The notes: generated from the letters alone by a model not told the origin. Counted from the stretch's first letter, positions 10,090 through 19,094 are shown. The stretch: 64,000 bases of DNA from Patescibacteria group bacterium (GCA_043817315.1 JBDRGY010000004.1:64797-128796), one strand, 5' to 3'. Translations and numbers: made by a program.

Positions 10090-10491
10090 ATGAATCTTAA
10101 CAAGGCTGAAGTAATCGGGAATCTGACGCGGGATCCCCAAATCAAAACTTTGCCCTCGGGTACGCCTATCGCCAATTTTTCGGTGGCTACCAATCGCTTT
10201 TGGACCGATTATAAAACAAAGAAAAAAAGAGAATCAACAGAGTATCATAATATTGTAGCCTGGGGTAAATTAGCAGAAATAATCGGCAAGTATCTTAAAA
10301 AGGGAGGAAAAGTCTATGTGGACGGTCGTCTACAAACAAGATCATGGGAAGATAAGAATAAGAATAAAAGAGAAAGAACAGAAATTGTTGCTGATAACTT
10401 GATTATGTTGGGACATTTAAATAAAAAACCGTCAGAAGATCTAGCCAAGGAAGAAATTGATATCGAAGAAGTAGATATTGAGCAAGCCTAA
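10090..10491 (+). CDS. ssb: Single-stranded DNA-binding protein
   Basis: MNLNK..IGNLTRDP, FSVATN, H.IVAWGKLAE, GRLQTRSW; acidic tail lacks the DDIPF end, so possibly a second paralogue. Confidence 0.92.
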   Translation: MNLNKAEVIGNLTRDPQIKTLPSGTPIANFSVATNRFWTDYKTKKKRESTEYHNIVAWGKLAEIIGKYLKKGGKVYVDGRLQTRSWEDKNKNKRERTEIVADNLIMLGHLNKKPSEDLAKEEIDIEEVDIEQA

Positions 10492-10558
10492 AAAGTTAGT
10501 TACCTGAAGGGCTTCTTTGGCCAGGATCCCCACAAGAGGCCCTTCGGGTTTAGATAGT

Positions 10559-10780
10559 ATGGAAAAAACGATTCAAATTGGCTCAAAAATCAGAGCAGAA
10601 ATTAACGGGTTAAACAAAGTAATTATCATTGTAGAACAGCAGAACGTTGATCCTGAGAACGGCAAGATTTCTGAATTTTCGCCAGTAGGGGCAGCTCTAA
10701 TTGGGCATGAACAGGGTGATCAGTTCGAAGCAAGATTACCCAGCGGTAAGTACCTTTTTAACATAAAAAGAGTTCTCTAG
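10559..10780 (+). CDS. GreA/GreB C-terminal domain-only protein
   Basis: IQIGS...DPENGKISEFSPVGAALIG...G; no N-terminal coiled coil; start moved to ATG 10559. Confidence 0.8.
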   Translation: MEKTIQIGSKIRAEINGLNKVIIIVEQQNVDPENGKISEFSPVGAALIGHEQGDQFEARLPSGKYLFNIKRVL

Positions 10781-10975
10781 TTCTCCAACTGCCTATCTTT
10801 TCTTTGGTCGCCCCTTCTTATGGTAAACATCCCCGTCCTCTGTTTATCATCGGATGGGAATTTAAGTAGAGGTAGGCAGATGAAGGATTGGAAACGTTTA
10901 GGACTTTGATTTCGTTTTCGAAGTAAGTTACGTTGTCGTTGTTGGTATGGCTTTCGCTAATTTTTTAGACATATT

Positions 10976-11401
10976 ATGATAGGAGCAATAAAAAATTTCA
11001 AAGATTTAAACGTTTATCAAGATTCATACAAAGCCTCTTTGTTAATCCATAAAGAAATTGTTCCTAATTTACCAAAAGAGGAACAGTACGATTTAACTGA
11101 TCAATTACGCAGGTCAGCCAAGACCATACCCAGATTAATCGCCGAAGATTATGCCAAGAAAGAGCAGGTACATGGTTTTCAAAAATATTTACTGGATGCG
11201 TTTGGCGAAAGTAATGAGACTATAGTATCACTTTCTCATTGTGAAGATTTATATAATGAACATGTCGATACCAAATTGTGCCAACAATTAATTGATATCT
11301 ATGATAAATGTAGTCGTCAATTGTTTAGATTAAGCGAAAGTTGGCAAAGTTTTTCTTATCGACACCAAAAACCAAACCGAAAACGATACGAACTTCCATA
11401 A
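10976..11401 (+). CDS. Four-helix bundle protein (23S rRNA IVS-protein family)
   Basis: FKDL.VYQ, LPKEEQYDLTDQLRRSA..I...IAE, GES.ET. Confidence 0.85.
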   Translation: MIGAIKNFKDLNVYQDSYKASLLIHKEIVPNLPKEEQYDLTDQLRRSAKTIPRLIAEDYAKKEQVHGFQKYLLDAFGESNETIVSLSHCEDLYNEHVDTKLCQQLIDIYDKCSRQLFRLSESWQSFSYRHQKPNRKRYELP

Positions 11402-11430
11402 CGAAAACCAGAACATTTTACCATAAAAAT

Positions 11431-11463
11431 GACGGGGCAAATCCATGACGGGGTTTGCTCATT
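11431..11463 (+). repeat. 33-bp hairpin repeat, copy 1
   Basis: GACGGGGCAAATCCATGACGGGGTTTGCTCATT; near-identical copy at 12965. Confidence 0.8.
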
Positions 11464-11578
11464 GAAACAACAAGATAGCGATTATTGAAAGGGGCTTTGC
11501 TTATGAGTAGTAATCCGGTTTTTGGTTAGCTAACCGAGAGTGTAAAACGAGGTAATTCTGAAAGGAAGGTGTGGAAAA

Positions 11579-12592
11579 ATGAAGCGGACGGCGTACTTAG
11601 GTTTGATGCTGACACTGGTTTGTCTAATCATCTGTTCGGGTTGTTCTGATAATAATCCGACTGGTGTCTCAATGGACGAACAGTCCGAAATAGTGACATT
11701 GGAGTTCGTTGCGTCGATTAGTCTTGATGATCTGATACTGATGAGTGAGAACCACAACCTGACAGTAGAAGAAATTAGATTGGTAATCGGTGACATTACT
11801 GTCGGTTATACAGTCGGCGGTAGATCAATTTCCGAGATCAAGGACGAATTCGTTCAAGAACATGACAAATTCTTGAACTTCTTGTCGGAGAACTGTCAGC
11901 AAGATGACGCTCTGGCGCCGTATCAGGGAATTTGTCATGATATGAAGAGTCAGTCCGATAAGGGCGAGATAGAAGTAAGTATTATCTCTGTCCAGGGTCC
12001 AGTAGATAGGGTTACGATCGAGTCTTTGGGGGCAAAAGTAGAGGAAGAAGTAATTGTATTGCCCACAGATCGGGAAGTAAGCATCAGCCAGATGAATACA
12101 GGAGAACCGGAAGAGTCCGACGAAGAGGTAAGATCCTATTGGCATGAAAGATGGGCTCCGTACGGTGGGCAATCGTTAATCATCCAAGCCTACACGTATC
12201 AAAAGTTCATCTTCAATAATACCAGTGATTTTACCAGCTTGAGGACCTACGAACATGAAACCCAAGTCTACGATCGCAACTTCGCAGATTACACGGGATA
12301 TTGGGCAACCAATATGCCCTACGGCTATAAAGATACCTCTTTCTGCGATAATATTGACAACTTCACGGTTGGCTGCTCAAGGGCAGAACTGTTAACTACC
12401 TATCGGTGGTATTGGACATATATGTCGTTGCGCAGACAGTCCTCGGGAAGCGCCCTTTGCAGAATCAAGGGTCAAATCGGACACCGGATCTTCGGTTGGT
12501 GCTATTCAACTTGGTGTATAGTGGCTGATGCCACTTCCGGCACAATGGCCTATCTTTTGTTGCCGAATTACGGATGTTGTTGGCAGTATTGA
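11579..12592 (+). CDS. Putative lipoprotein, unknown function, Cys/aromatic-rich C-terminal domain
   Basis: Signal peptide with lipobox-like CSGC-SDNNPTG; strong SD. Confidence 0.7.
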   Translation: MKRTAYLGLMLTLVCLIICSGCSDNNPTGVSMDEQSEIVTLEFVASISLDDLILMSENHNLTVEEIRLVIGDITVGYTVGGRSISEIKDEFVQEHDKFLNFLSENCQQDDALAPYQGICHDMKSQSDKGEIEVSIISVQGPVDRVTIESLGAKVEEEVIVLPTDREVSISQMNTGEPEESDEEVRSYWHERWAPYGGQSLIIQAYTYQKFIFNNTSDFTSLRTYEHETQVYDRNFADYTGYWATNMPYGYKDTSFCDNIDNFTVGCSRAELLTTYRWYWTYMSLRRQSSGSALCRIKGQIGHRIFGWCYSTWCIVADATSGTMAYLLLPNYGCCWQY

Positions 12593-12639
12593 TCAAGGGG
12601 GGATGATATGTCCCCCCATATAACCTCTTAAATTAAATT

Positions 12640-12948
12640 ATGAAAAACAGAAAGTATCTAACGTTACTGTCAGTCGCAATGTTGTTAATCATCGGCATAA
12701 TTGTGCCGATTTGTTATCAATTTATTCAATTAAGAAACCAGAATATTGCATCAGATTGTCGATCTCAGATACATTTTCTTTTACCTAAATTTGTTAAACC
12801 ATTTATCTTTTATGTGGATATTCAATATGAAAATAATAGTGTGATTGGTATAGCCAGGACATTCTATAATATTCCAATTTATCAAGTGAATTTTCGAACT
12901 CCAGAAGATTGTTCAGCCGGTACAAGAGCAATAATAAAGTCTCTTTAG
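12640..12948 (+). CDS. Small single-TM hypothetical protein
   Basis: N-terminal hydrophobic helix, AT-rich ORF in gene-dense context. Confidence 0.65.
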   Translation: MKNRKYLTLLSVAMLLIIGIIVPICYQFIQLRNQNIASDCRSQIHFLLPKFVKPFIFYVDIQYENNSVIGIARTFYNIPIYQVNFRTPEDCSAGTRAIIKSL

Positions 12949-12964
12949 AAGTAATATATTGGAA

Positions 12965-12997
12965 GACGGGGCAAGCCCAAGACGGGGTTTGCTCATT
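12965..12997 (+). repeat. 33-bp hairpin repeat, copy 2
   Basis: GACGGGGCAAGCCCAAGACGGGGTTTGCTCATT. Confidence 0.8.
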
Positions 12998-13099
12998 ACA
13001 ATAGGCCCATCTGTTTCTACTATTAAAAACGAGGAGGTGAAGATGGCAGGAATCTCTGGTCATTTTGTTGACCCATAATGTCTTTCAGGAAGGTGGAAA

Positions 13100-13789
13100 A
13101 TGAAAAGGACGATGCTGTTGCTGTTGTGCGTCGTGATTAGTATCACGATGTGTTCACTGGCTTCGGCCACTACGGTGGAAGAGAAAACCTGGGGTACGAT
13201 CAAGGCGTTGTATCGGACAGCTGAAGAAGTTGAGCAGGGTCCGATGTATCGTCCTAGTGCAGCAATTGGAATTGCCTGGCCATTCGGTCGTTGGGATAAT
13301 CCCAATGACTGGGTTGGTTGGCAGGGCGATAGCTACGGAGGAGTATCGGGAAGCTTCTGCGGAGGTCACAGAAATCATACCCATTCGGGAGCCGATCTGA
13401 AAGCCCGAGACCTAAGCAGGAGCGGTTGTAATGGAGTAAGAATCTATGCTGGTTTTACAGGTAAAGTCGTGCAGGTCTATAAGCGGTGTGAAAATAAGAA
13501 AAGTAGTTGCAACGGTGGATACGGCAACACAGTTGTGATCTACGATGTCAATCGCCATGTTGCCATACGTTACTCCCATCTCTCGTATGTAGCTGTTCGT
13601 AAAGGTCAGCGAGTGAGGCGCGGACAGTACCTTGGCAAGGTAGGAAAATCGGGAAATATTACAGGTCCTCATCTCCACCTTGCTGCCTACGAGAACATCG
13701 ACCACTTCGACTCACAGGGATATCCAGTGATTCCAACTCTCTGTGATTCCGAGTGGTACTGTTGTAGGGTATACTTTTACAGCTGGTAG
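13100..13789 (+). CDS. Secreted M23 family metallopeptidase
   Basis: Signal peptide; H..AD...RDL, GYGN.V.I, YSHL, V..GQ.V..GQ..G.VG.SG..TGPHLH. Confidence 0.9.
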   Translation: MKRTMLLLLCVVISITMCSLASATTVEEKTWGTIKALYRTAEEVEQGPMYRPSAAIGIAWPFGRWDNPNDWVGWQGDSYGGVSGSFCGGHRNHTHSGADLKARDLSRSGCNGVRIYAGFTGKVVQVYKRCENKKSSCNGGYGNTVVIYDVNRHVAIRYSHLSYVAVRKGQRVRRGQYLGKVGKSGNITGPHLHLAAYENIDHFDSQGYPVIPTLCDSEWYCCRVYFYSW

Positions 13790-13798
13790 GGCCTTAAC

Positions 13799-13825
13799 GT
13801 TGGAGGGGATAGTTTCCCCTCCAAC
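13799..13825 (+). terminator. Stem-loop after M23 gene
   Basis: GTTGGAGGGGA/TCCCCTCCAAC perfect 11-bp stem. Confidence 0.65.
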
Positions 13826-13870
13826 CGTTTTAATGATAGTATTGGAGTGGTTGATAATTAGAAAAAAAAT

Positions 13871-15004
13871 ATGAGAAAACCAATGGTCTACATCTCGGCT
13901 ACTGTCGTGGTAGTGGGAATAGGCGTGGGTGGGTGGTATCTTTTCCAGAACTCCCAATCGGAAACAAATACTAATACAAATCAACAAACACTGGCAGAAT
14001 ACCACGATAAATTAGTATATATTAAAGAAACGATCGATGATGTGACGGATAGCTATGATATTTACCTGGCTGATACAAATGGTAGTAGTGAATTAATTCA
14101 TTCCTTCACTAATCCGCCACACCTAGGCTCAACAATGTTTTTAATTTATGGGGATGATCAGATCTTTGCCTTCCGTTATCAAGACGATGAGACGCGTAAA
14201 ATAATCAACTATGATGGAACGGTAATGGATACTGACTTGCCGCTTGATTATGATTTTGCGCTTTCTAATGATCAGTACCGAGTATCCTACCCAGCTCCTG
14301 ATTTAATTGACAATGATTCCAAGTTGGTAATCTATGATGTCCAGAGTGGAACCGGTCGAGAATATGACGCTCACATGGAAGGTGGATTTGGAGTCCCAGG
14401 ACATCTCCGCCCCGTAGCCTGGAGCCCTGATGATTCCACAGTATATGCTGACGTAGTTCTGTATACAGAAGGCTGTCTGGATGGGCTTTACGAAGTGAAT
14501 CCTATCACCGGAGCTACTAAAGCGATACCGGTGTTTGACGAGTTAAATATCTGTGTGCCCACAGTCTATCCTAAAAGAGATTTAGCTTTTGGCTTTGATC
14601 GCAATCTATCGCCCATGGGAGATGAAGAGATTGATGTGGATATTACTTATTATAAAGTAAAACTATCTGATGGCACTTATTCGACGTTAAACCTGGCTAC
14701 ACCTACCTATTATGGTGAATTTTTGCTGGCACCAAGCCAAGACTTGATTGCCTATGCGGATAATGATTTTAACACCTGGATTACTGATTTGTCTGGCGAA
14801 AATGCCGTTTTAGCTACTGAAGGTACCCCCGTGGCCTGGTCTAACAATAACCTGCTAGCTATTGATGAAGACAGTATTACCGATGACCATGAAGAGGTTA
14901 TCAATATATATGACCCGGTTACCCAAACAGTACAAGAAATTGTCAAAACAGCAGGTTTTGATGACAGATTAGAGGTTATCGGCTGGATCCGAGTGCCCGA
15001 ATAA
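13871..15004 (+). CDS. Membrane-anchored acidic beta-propeller-like (TolB-like) surface protein
   Basis: N-terminal TM, Asn/Thr linker, repeated P.AWS(P/N) motifs. Confidence 0.7.
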   Translation: MRKPMVYISATVVVVGIGVGGWYLFQNSQSETNTNTNQQTLAEYHDKLVYIKETIDDVTDSYDIYLADTNGSSELIHSFTNPPHLGSTMFLIYGDDQIFAFRYQDDETRKIINYDGTVMDTDLPLDYDFALSNDQYRVSYPAPDLIDNDSKLVIYDVQSGTGREYDAHMEGGFGVPGHLRPVAWSPDDSTVYADVVLYTEGCLDGLYEVNPITGATKAIPVFDELNICVPTVYPKRDLAFGFDRNLSPMGDEEIDVDITYYKVKLSDGTYSTLNLATPTYYGEFLLAPSQDLIAYADNDFNTWITDLSGENAVLATEGTPVAWSNNNLLAIDEDSITDDHEEVINIYDPVTQTVQEIVKTAGFDDRLEVIGWIRVPE

Positions 15005-15022
15005 GTAGAAATATTTTTTAGA

Positions 15023-15048
15023 GGACGGGGCTTTGGCCCCGTCTTTTT
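15023..15048 (+). terminator. Intrinsic terminator
   Basis: GACGGGGC-TTTG-GCCCCGTC + TTTTT. Confidence 0.8.
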
Positions 15049-15115
15049 ATTGTCCTTTGTTTTCTTAAAGGGGGGTTGCTATATATTTAAGGTGTCATTA
15101 AACTTGAACAAAACT

Positions 15116-15553
15116 ATGGAGACTATCCAAAGAATCGTTGTGGCCGGAATCTTGATCGAGCAAGGGAAAATACTATTAGTCCATCGAGTTGGAAGCCAAA
15201 GCAGCTATCCTGGTAGCTGGGAACTGCCCTCTGGGGAAAAACAAGCAAACGAGGACTGTTTCAATTGCCTGGTCAGGAAGATTCGTAAGGAAGTGGGAAT
15301 AAGTGCCTACGTGGATCGGCCTGTCTCCGTCTTTGATTACCAGATGGAGAGAGGAGATACCAGGATCAAAACCACCCAGATTAATTTTTTGACCAAGAGA
15401 GTTGATAGCCGCCAGCACATCAGGCTAAGTAGTGTCTACCGGCAATATAAGTATTTTGACAGAGATGAATTAGATCGCTGCCAGATTAACCCGGCCATAA
15501 AAAATGTTTTGACTATCACTTTTGATAATCTAGCCAATCCAGCTCGGGTCTAA
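15116..15553 (+). CDS. NUDIX-fold protein with degenerate Nudix box
   Basis: WELPSG...LVRKIRKEVGI (REUxEE changed to RKIRKE); start moved to ATG 15116. Confidence 0.8.
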   Translation: METIQRIVVAGILIEQGKILLVHRVGSQSSYPGSWELPSGEKQANEDCFNCLVRKIRKEVGISAYVDRPVSVFDYQMERGDTRIKTTQINFLTKRVDSRQHIRLSSVYRQYKYFDRDELDRCQINPAIKNVLTITFDNLANPARV

Positions 15554-15659
15554 TTGAAAAAAGCCCAACGGAAGCCGCGGCTTTTTTTATTGACAACAAA
15601 ACATGGTATATGATAAGTTAAGCAACTAGTCAATATGGTTCTTTAACAAGGAGGTGAAA

Positions 15660-16223
15660 GTGTTCCGTGATCGAAGAGATGTCTGGTACTTCATCAAGGA
15701 TCGGCCCACTATCTGGCTGCCGCCGCTCTTCGCCGTCTGGTCGGTTTTCCTGATGTGCGGTTTTATCGGTTTCTTCGTGCACCGGGAATTCGTCCAGACA
15801 GGTGGACAGGAGAACTTCCTGGGAATCCTCCTCCCCATTTTCGCAGTCATTCTGGGTCTACTCTTCATCTGTGGTTTGATTGGCATGATGCAAGGGGACC
15901 ACATCGCAGTTGGAGCTACGGGCGGCCTGGCCGTAACAATTGGTATGCTGGTTGCCGTGGTCAGTCCGTTCATCTCATGGTACATACTGCGTTTGCTGGC
16001 CCCGGGGCTGCTCAACTTGCCGATTTTGCAGGCCTTGAACTTCCAGTTCCACGAGGCCCCGTATCGCATCTTCGGTAATGTCGGCATTACCGGCTTGTAC
16101 GCAGCCATGATAGTCGGGCCCTACTTCGCCTTCAGCTTGGTCAGCATACCGGTTCATCTGTTGGTCGAACGTTTCCAGCAACGGCGTATTGCCAGTTCAT
16201 CCCTTCAGCCCGCCAAAGCTTAA
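15660..16223 (+). CDS. Multi-TM membrane protein, unknown function (GC-rich accessory gene)
   Basis: 4-5 hydrophobic helices; boxA-like + AAGGAGGTG SD before GTG 15660; own terminator. Confidence 0.75.
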   Translation: MFRDRRDVWYFIKDRPTIWLPPLFAVWSVFLMCGFIGFFVHREFVQTGGQENFLGILLPIFAVILGLLFICGLIGMMQGDHIAVGATGGLAVTIGMLVAVVSPFISWYILRLLAPGLLNLPILQALNFQFHEAPYRIFGNVGITGLYAAMIVGPYFAFSLVSIPVHLLVERFQQRRIASSSLQPAKA

Positions 16224-16241
16224 ACCCTTGGCGGGTTTTTT
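16208..16241 (+). terminator. Intrinsic terminator
   Basis: CCCGCCAA/TTGGCGGG stem + T-run. Confidence 0.75.
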
Positions 16242-16311
16242 AATCTCTTGATTTTTACTAATTATAGTGGTAAGTTGGGGGGAGACGGGAGAAAATAACA
16301 GCGCCAAAGTC

Positions 16312-16977
16312 ATGGATATTAAAAGTATAATATCACTGGTTATAGGTATTTTGATGGCAATAGTCGGCCTATATGTTTTTATCAGGAATCCGAAAGCTAG
16401 GATTAACAAGGCTTTCGGTTTTTTAGTTTTAATATTAGTTCTCTGGGTTGCTGGCAATATTGTGACATCAGAAGTTAATGATGTTAAGATGGCTTCGATA
16501 TGGGCAAAGTACATTTTTAGTGTAGCTCTATTTTTACCGATCACTATAATATATTTTTCTTGGGTTTTTCCTTATGAATCAAAACAAGTTAAGAAACGAG
16601 ATGCATTTCTTTTATTGATACCAGTCGTTTTAGTATTTATTACTTTAACTACTAATTTTGTGGTGAAGGGTTTAGATGGGATTGGTTGGCATGCAAACAC
16701 GATATTCGGATCAGGTTTATATCTATATATATTAATATTCTTAGGATATTGGGTTTGGGCAATTGTCAATCTAGTTAATAAGTTAAATAAGTCAGATGGG
16801 ATTCACCGCTGGCAACTCAAAAACATACTTTGGGGGATTATCCCGACATCAGTCATTGGGATAGTGTCAAGTTTAATACTGCCTTTGTATGGAAATCAAA
16901 ATTTCATTTGGCTGACTTTAGCTGCCTTGTTTATTTTTATCTTTTTCACCAGTTACATAATTTTTAAAAAGCCGTGA
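16312..16977 (+). CDS. Stand-alone 7TM sensor domain (HisKA_7TM-like), no kinase
   Basis: 7 TM helices, RNP...N..F, FP, G..Y, QLK pattern shared with kinase N-terminus. Confidence 0.8.
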   Translation: MDIKSIISLVIGILMAIVGLYVFIRNPKARINKAFGFLVLILVLWVAGNIVTSEVNDVKMASIWAKYIFSVALFLPITIIYFSWVFPYESKQVKKRDAFLLLIPVVLVFITLTTNFVVKGLDGIGWHANTIFGSGLYLYILIFLGYWVWAIVNLVNKLNKSDGIHRWQLKNILWGIIPTSVIGIVSSLILPLYGNQNFIWLTLAALFIFIFFTSYIIFKKP

Positions 16978-18413
16978 TGCAAATTCAAGGAACAATTTTA
17001 TTATTTTTATCGGTGTTAGTTGCCCTGGCTTTATTTTTATTGGCCATCTTTGTTTTATGGAGGAATCCAAAGAGTAAAACGAATTTATTTTTTTCAATCT
17101 TTTGTTTTACGGTTACCCTTTGGACTGTTGCTAATTATTTCTCATTAAGCGTTGTGAGCCCAAGTTTAATGCTATTTTGGATAAGGGTGGTGATGGCGCT
17201 GGCCGTAATTCTAAGTATCTTATTCTTATTATTCATTAATACCTTTCCGTCATCGAAAATTCAATTAAGCAACAAAAAGTTATTCTCCTTGATATTTCTA
17301 GGAATATTAACAATCATTATATGTTTTACTCCTTTATTATTTAAGTCATTAAAATTGGTAGATGGTCAGAGAACTCCGGTGCCGGGTCTGGGAATATCAG
17401 TTTTTATTATAGTGGCTATAGGCTCAATAATTTACGGTTTTATTCTGTTAGTAATAAAATTTAGGAAAAGCATCGGTTTAAGGAAAGCTCAATTAAGATA
17501 TCTATTAGTTGGGTTTTTACTGATGTTCTTGCTTGTGCTGATATTTAATTTCGCATTTGTTGTATTTTTTGATAATCCAAGTTTCATAAGTCTCGGTCCA
17601 ATTTTTTCCCTACCCTTTATCATTCTTACAACTTTCGCTATTATCAAACACCGTTTGATGGGGATTAGACTGATCATCAGAAAAGGTATTATTTACACGG
17701 TAACTTTAATTGTTTCCTTGATAGTATATGTGGCTTTGATTTTCTTTTTACAATATGTGATTGAATCAACCACTACTATAAATGCTATGGTCATCAATTT
17801 TATGGCGGTTTTGATTATTGCTATTGGCTTTGAACCTCTGCGAAAGTGGCTTAGAAAAATTGTTGATAATATATTTTTTCCCGAGAGAAAAACACTACAG
17901 CAAAGTTTAGTCAGGATCAAGGAAGAATTACCCAAGAAAGTCAGTATTGTTAAGCTGTTTGACATTACAAAGCAAGAGATTATGAAAATTGTGCCGGTCT
18001 CCAATATCCAGTTTCAAATCTTGGACGGAAGAAAAGGGACCTACCAGGATTTAGATGGAAATAAAAAAACGATAGATTTGAGAATAAATAGTCCAATGAT
18101 AAAAATAATGATGGCCCAGAAAGATGTTCTTGTAAGAGAGGAATTAGTGATTCAGGCCGAAGAAAAATCAGAAGTTGAAAAAAAGGAGTTGGAAAAAATT
18201 GGTAAGATTTTAGATAAGTATAAAGTTGCATTAATTATTCCACTTGGTTTAGAAAAACCATCGGGTTTGGTTTTATGTGGCTATAAAAAATCAAAAGAAG
18301 CATTCACTTCTGATGATATTATTTTTATTAATACTTTAAGGACGCAGGCATCAATTGCATTAGAAAATGCCTTGCTATATAAACAAGCGGTGGAGCGGAT
18401 TAGGATAAAATAA
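16977..18413 (+). CDS. 7TM sensor + GAF-like domain protein lacking HisKA/HATPase
   Basis: 7TM region, AIIKHRLMGI, FEPLR, G.KKS.EAFTSDDI...ASIALENALLY, then stop. Confidence 0.85.
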   Translation: MQIQGTILLFLSVLVALALFLLAIFVLWRNPKSKTNLFFSIFCFTVTLWTVANYFSLSVVSPSLMLFWIRVVMALAVILSILFLLFINTFPSSKIQLSNKKLFSLIFLGILTIIICFTPLLFKSLKLVDGQRTPVPGLGISVFIIVAIGSIIYGFILLVIKFRKSIGLRKAQLRYLLVGFLLMFLLVLIFNFAFVVFFDNPSFISLGPIFSLPFIILTTFAIIKHRLMGIRLIIRKGIIYTVTLIVSLIVYVALIFFLQYVIESTTTINAMVINFMAVLIIAIGFEPLRKWLRKIVDNIFFPERKTLQQSLVRIKEELPKKVSIVKLFDITKQEIMKIVPVSNIQFQILDGRKGTYQDLDGNKKTIDLRINSPMIKIMMAQKDVLVREELVIQAEEKSEVEKKELEKIGKILDKYKVALIIPLGLEKPSGLVLCGYKKSKEAFTSDDIIFINTLRTQASIALENALLYKQAVERIRIK

Positions 18414-18416
18414 TTT

Positions 18417-19094
18417 ATGCAAATTCAAGGAACAATTTTATTGGTCATTGCCGGAATTGAATTGATTCTAGGTCTTTATCTTTTCTTCCGACATCCCAAG
18501 AACCATATCACCATTTCCTATTTTCTGTTTATTCTCGGTGTTGTCATTTGGGTTATATCCAATGGACTAGCAATTTTCAGAGGAGGTAGTGACATTGTTT
18601 GGTGGAAAATGACTTATGTGGGCGGAGCCTTACTTGCTAGTTCCTTTGTATATTTTGCTATGGTTTTTCCATATTCTAAAAAACAAATTTCAAAATGTCT
18701 AATTAGCTGTTTATATCTGCCAGCCATTTACTTTACAATAGTTCTTTTTTCAACCAATATATTAGTCGAGAGATTAATCAAGAAAGAGAATCAAATCTCT
18801 AACGTTACCTTGGGTCCGTTATATCACCTGTATGTTCTCTTCGTCGTTATTTTTTGCCTTTGGGGATTGTATTATTTATTTACCAAGTTCAAAACATCTG
18901 ACGGTATTCATCGTTGGCAATTAAAATATTTATTGTGGGGGATAGTTATTTCCTCAGTTGTGGCCGTAACCAGTGATTTGGTTATGCCGTTTTTCTCTGA
19001 AAACTATTTGATCAATTATCCCTGGGTTGGTTCGGGTTTTTCTATTGTTTGGCTATTCTTCACTAGTTATGTTGTGTTCAAGAAAGTGAATTGA
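18417..19094 (+). CDS. Stand-alone 7TM sensor domain (HisKA_7TM-like), no kinase
   Basis: Paralogue of 16312 gene (shared SDGIHRWQLK..LWGI, FFTSY..FKK). Confidence 0.8.
   Translation: MQIQGTILLVIAGIELILGLYLFFRHPKNHITISYFLFILGVVIWVISNGLAIFRGGSDIVWWKMTYVGGALLASSFVYFAMVFPYSKKQISKCLISCLYLPAIYFTIVLFSTNILVERLIKKENQISNVTLGPLYHLYVLFVVIFCLWGLYYLFTKFKTSDGIHRWQLKYLLWGIVISSVVAVTSDLVMPFFSENYLINYPWVGSGFSIVWLFFTSYVVFKKVN

Noticed and set aside
10976-11401. Diversity-generating retroelement (Avd-like gene)
   Set aside because: No reverse transcriptase, and I saw no TR/VR pair with adenine-specific mismatches in the window.
11431-12997. c-di-GMP-I riboswitch or integron attC for the 33-bp repeat
   Set aside because: GGCAAA resembles the riboswitch start, but the GNRA loop and GACGCAAAGC/P2 are absent. 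There are no RYYYAAC/GTTRRRY ends and no integrase.
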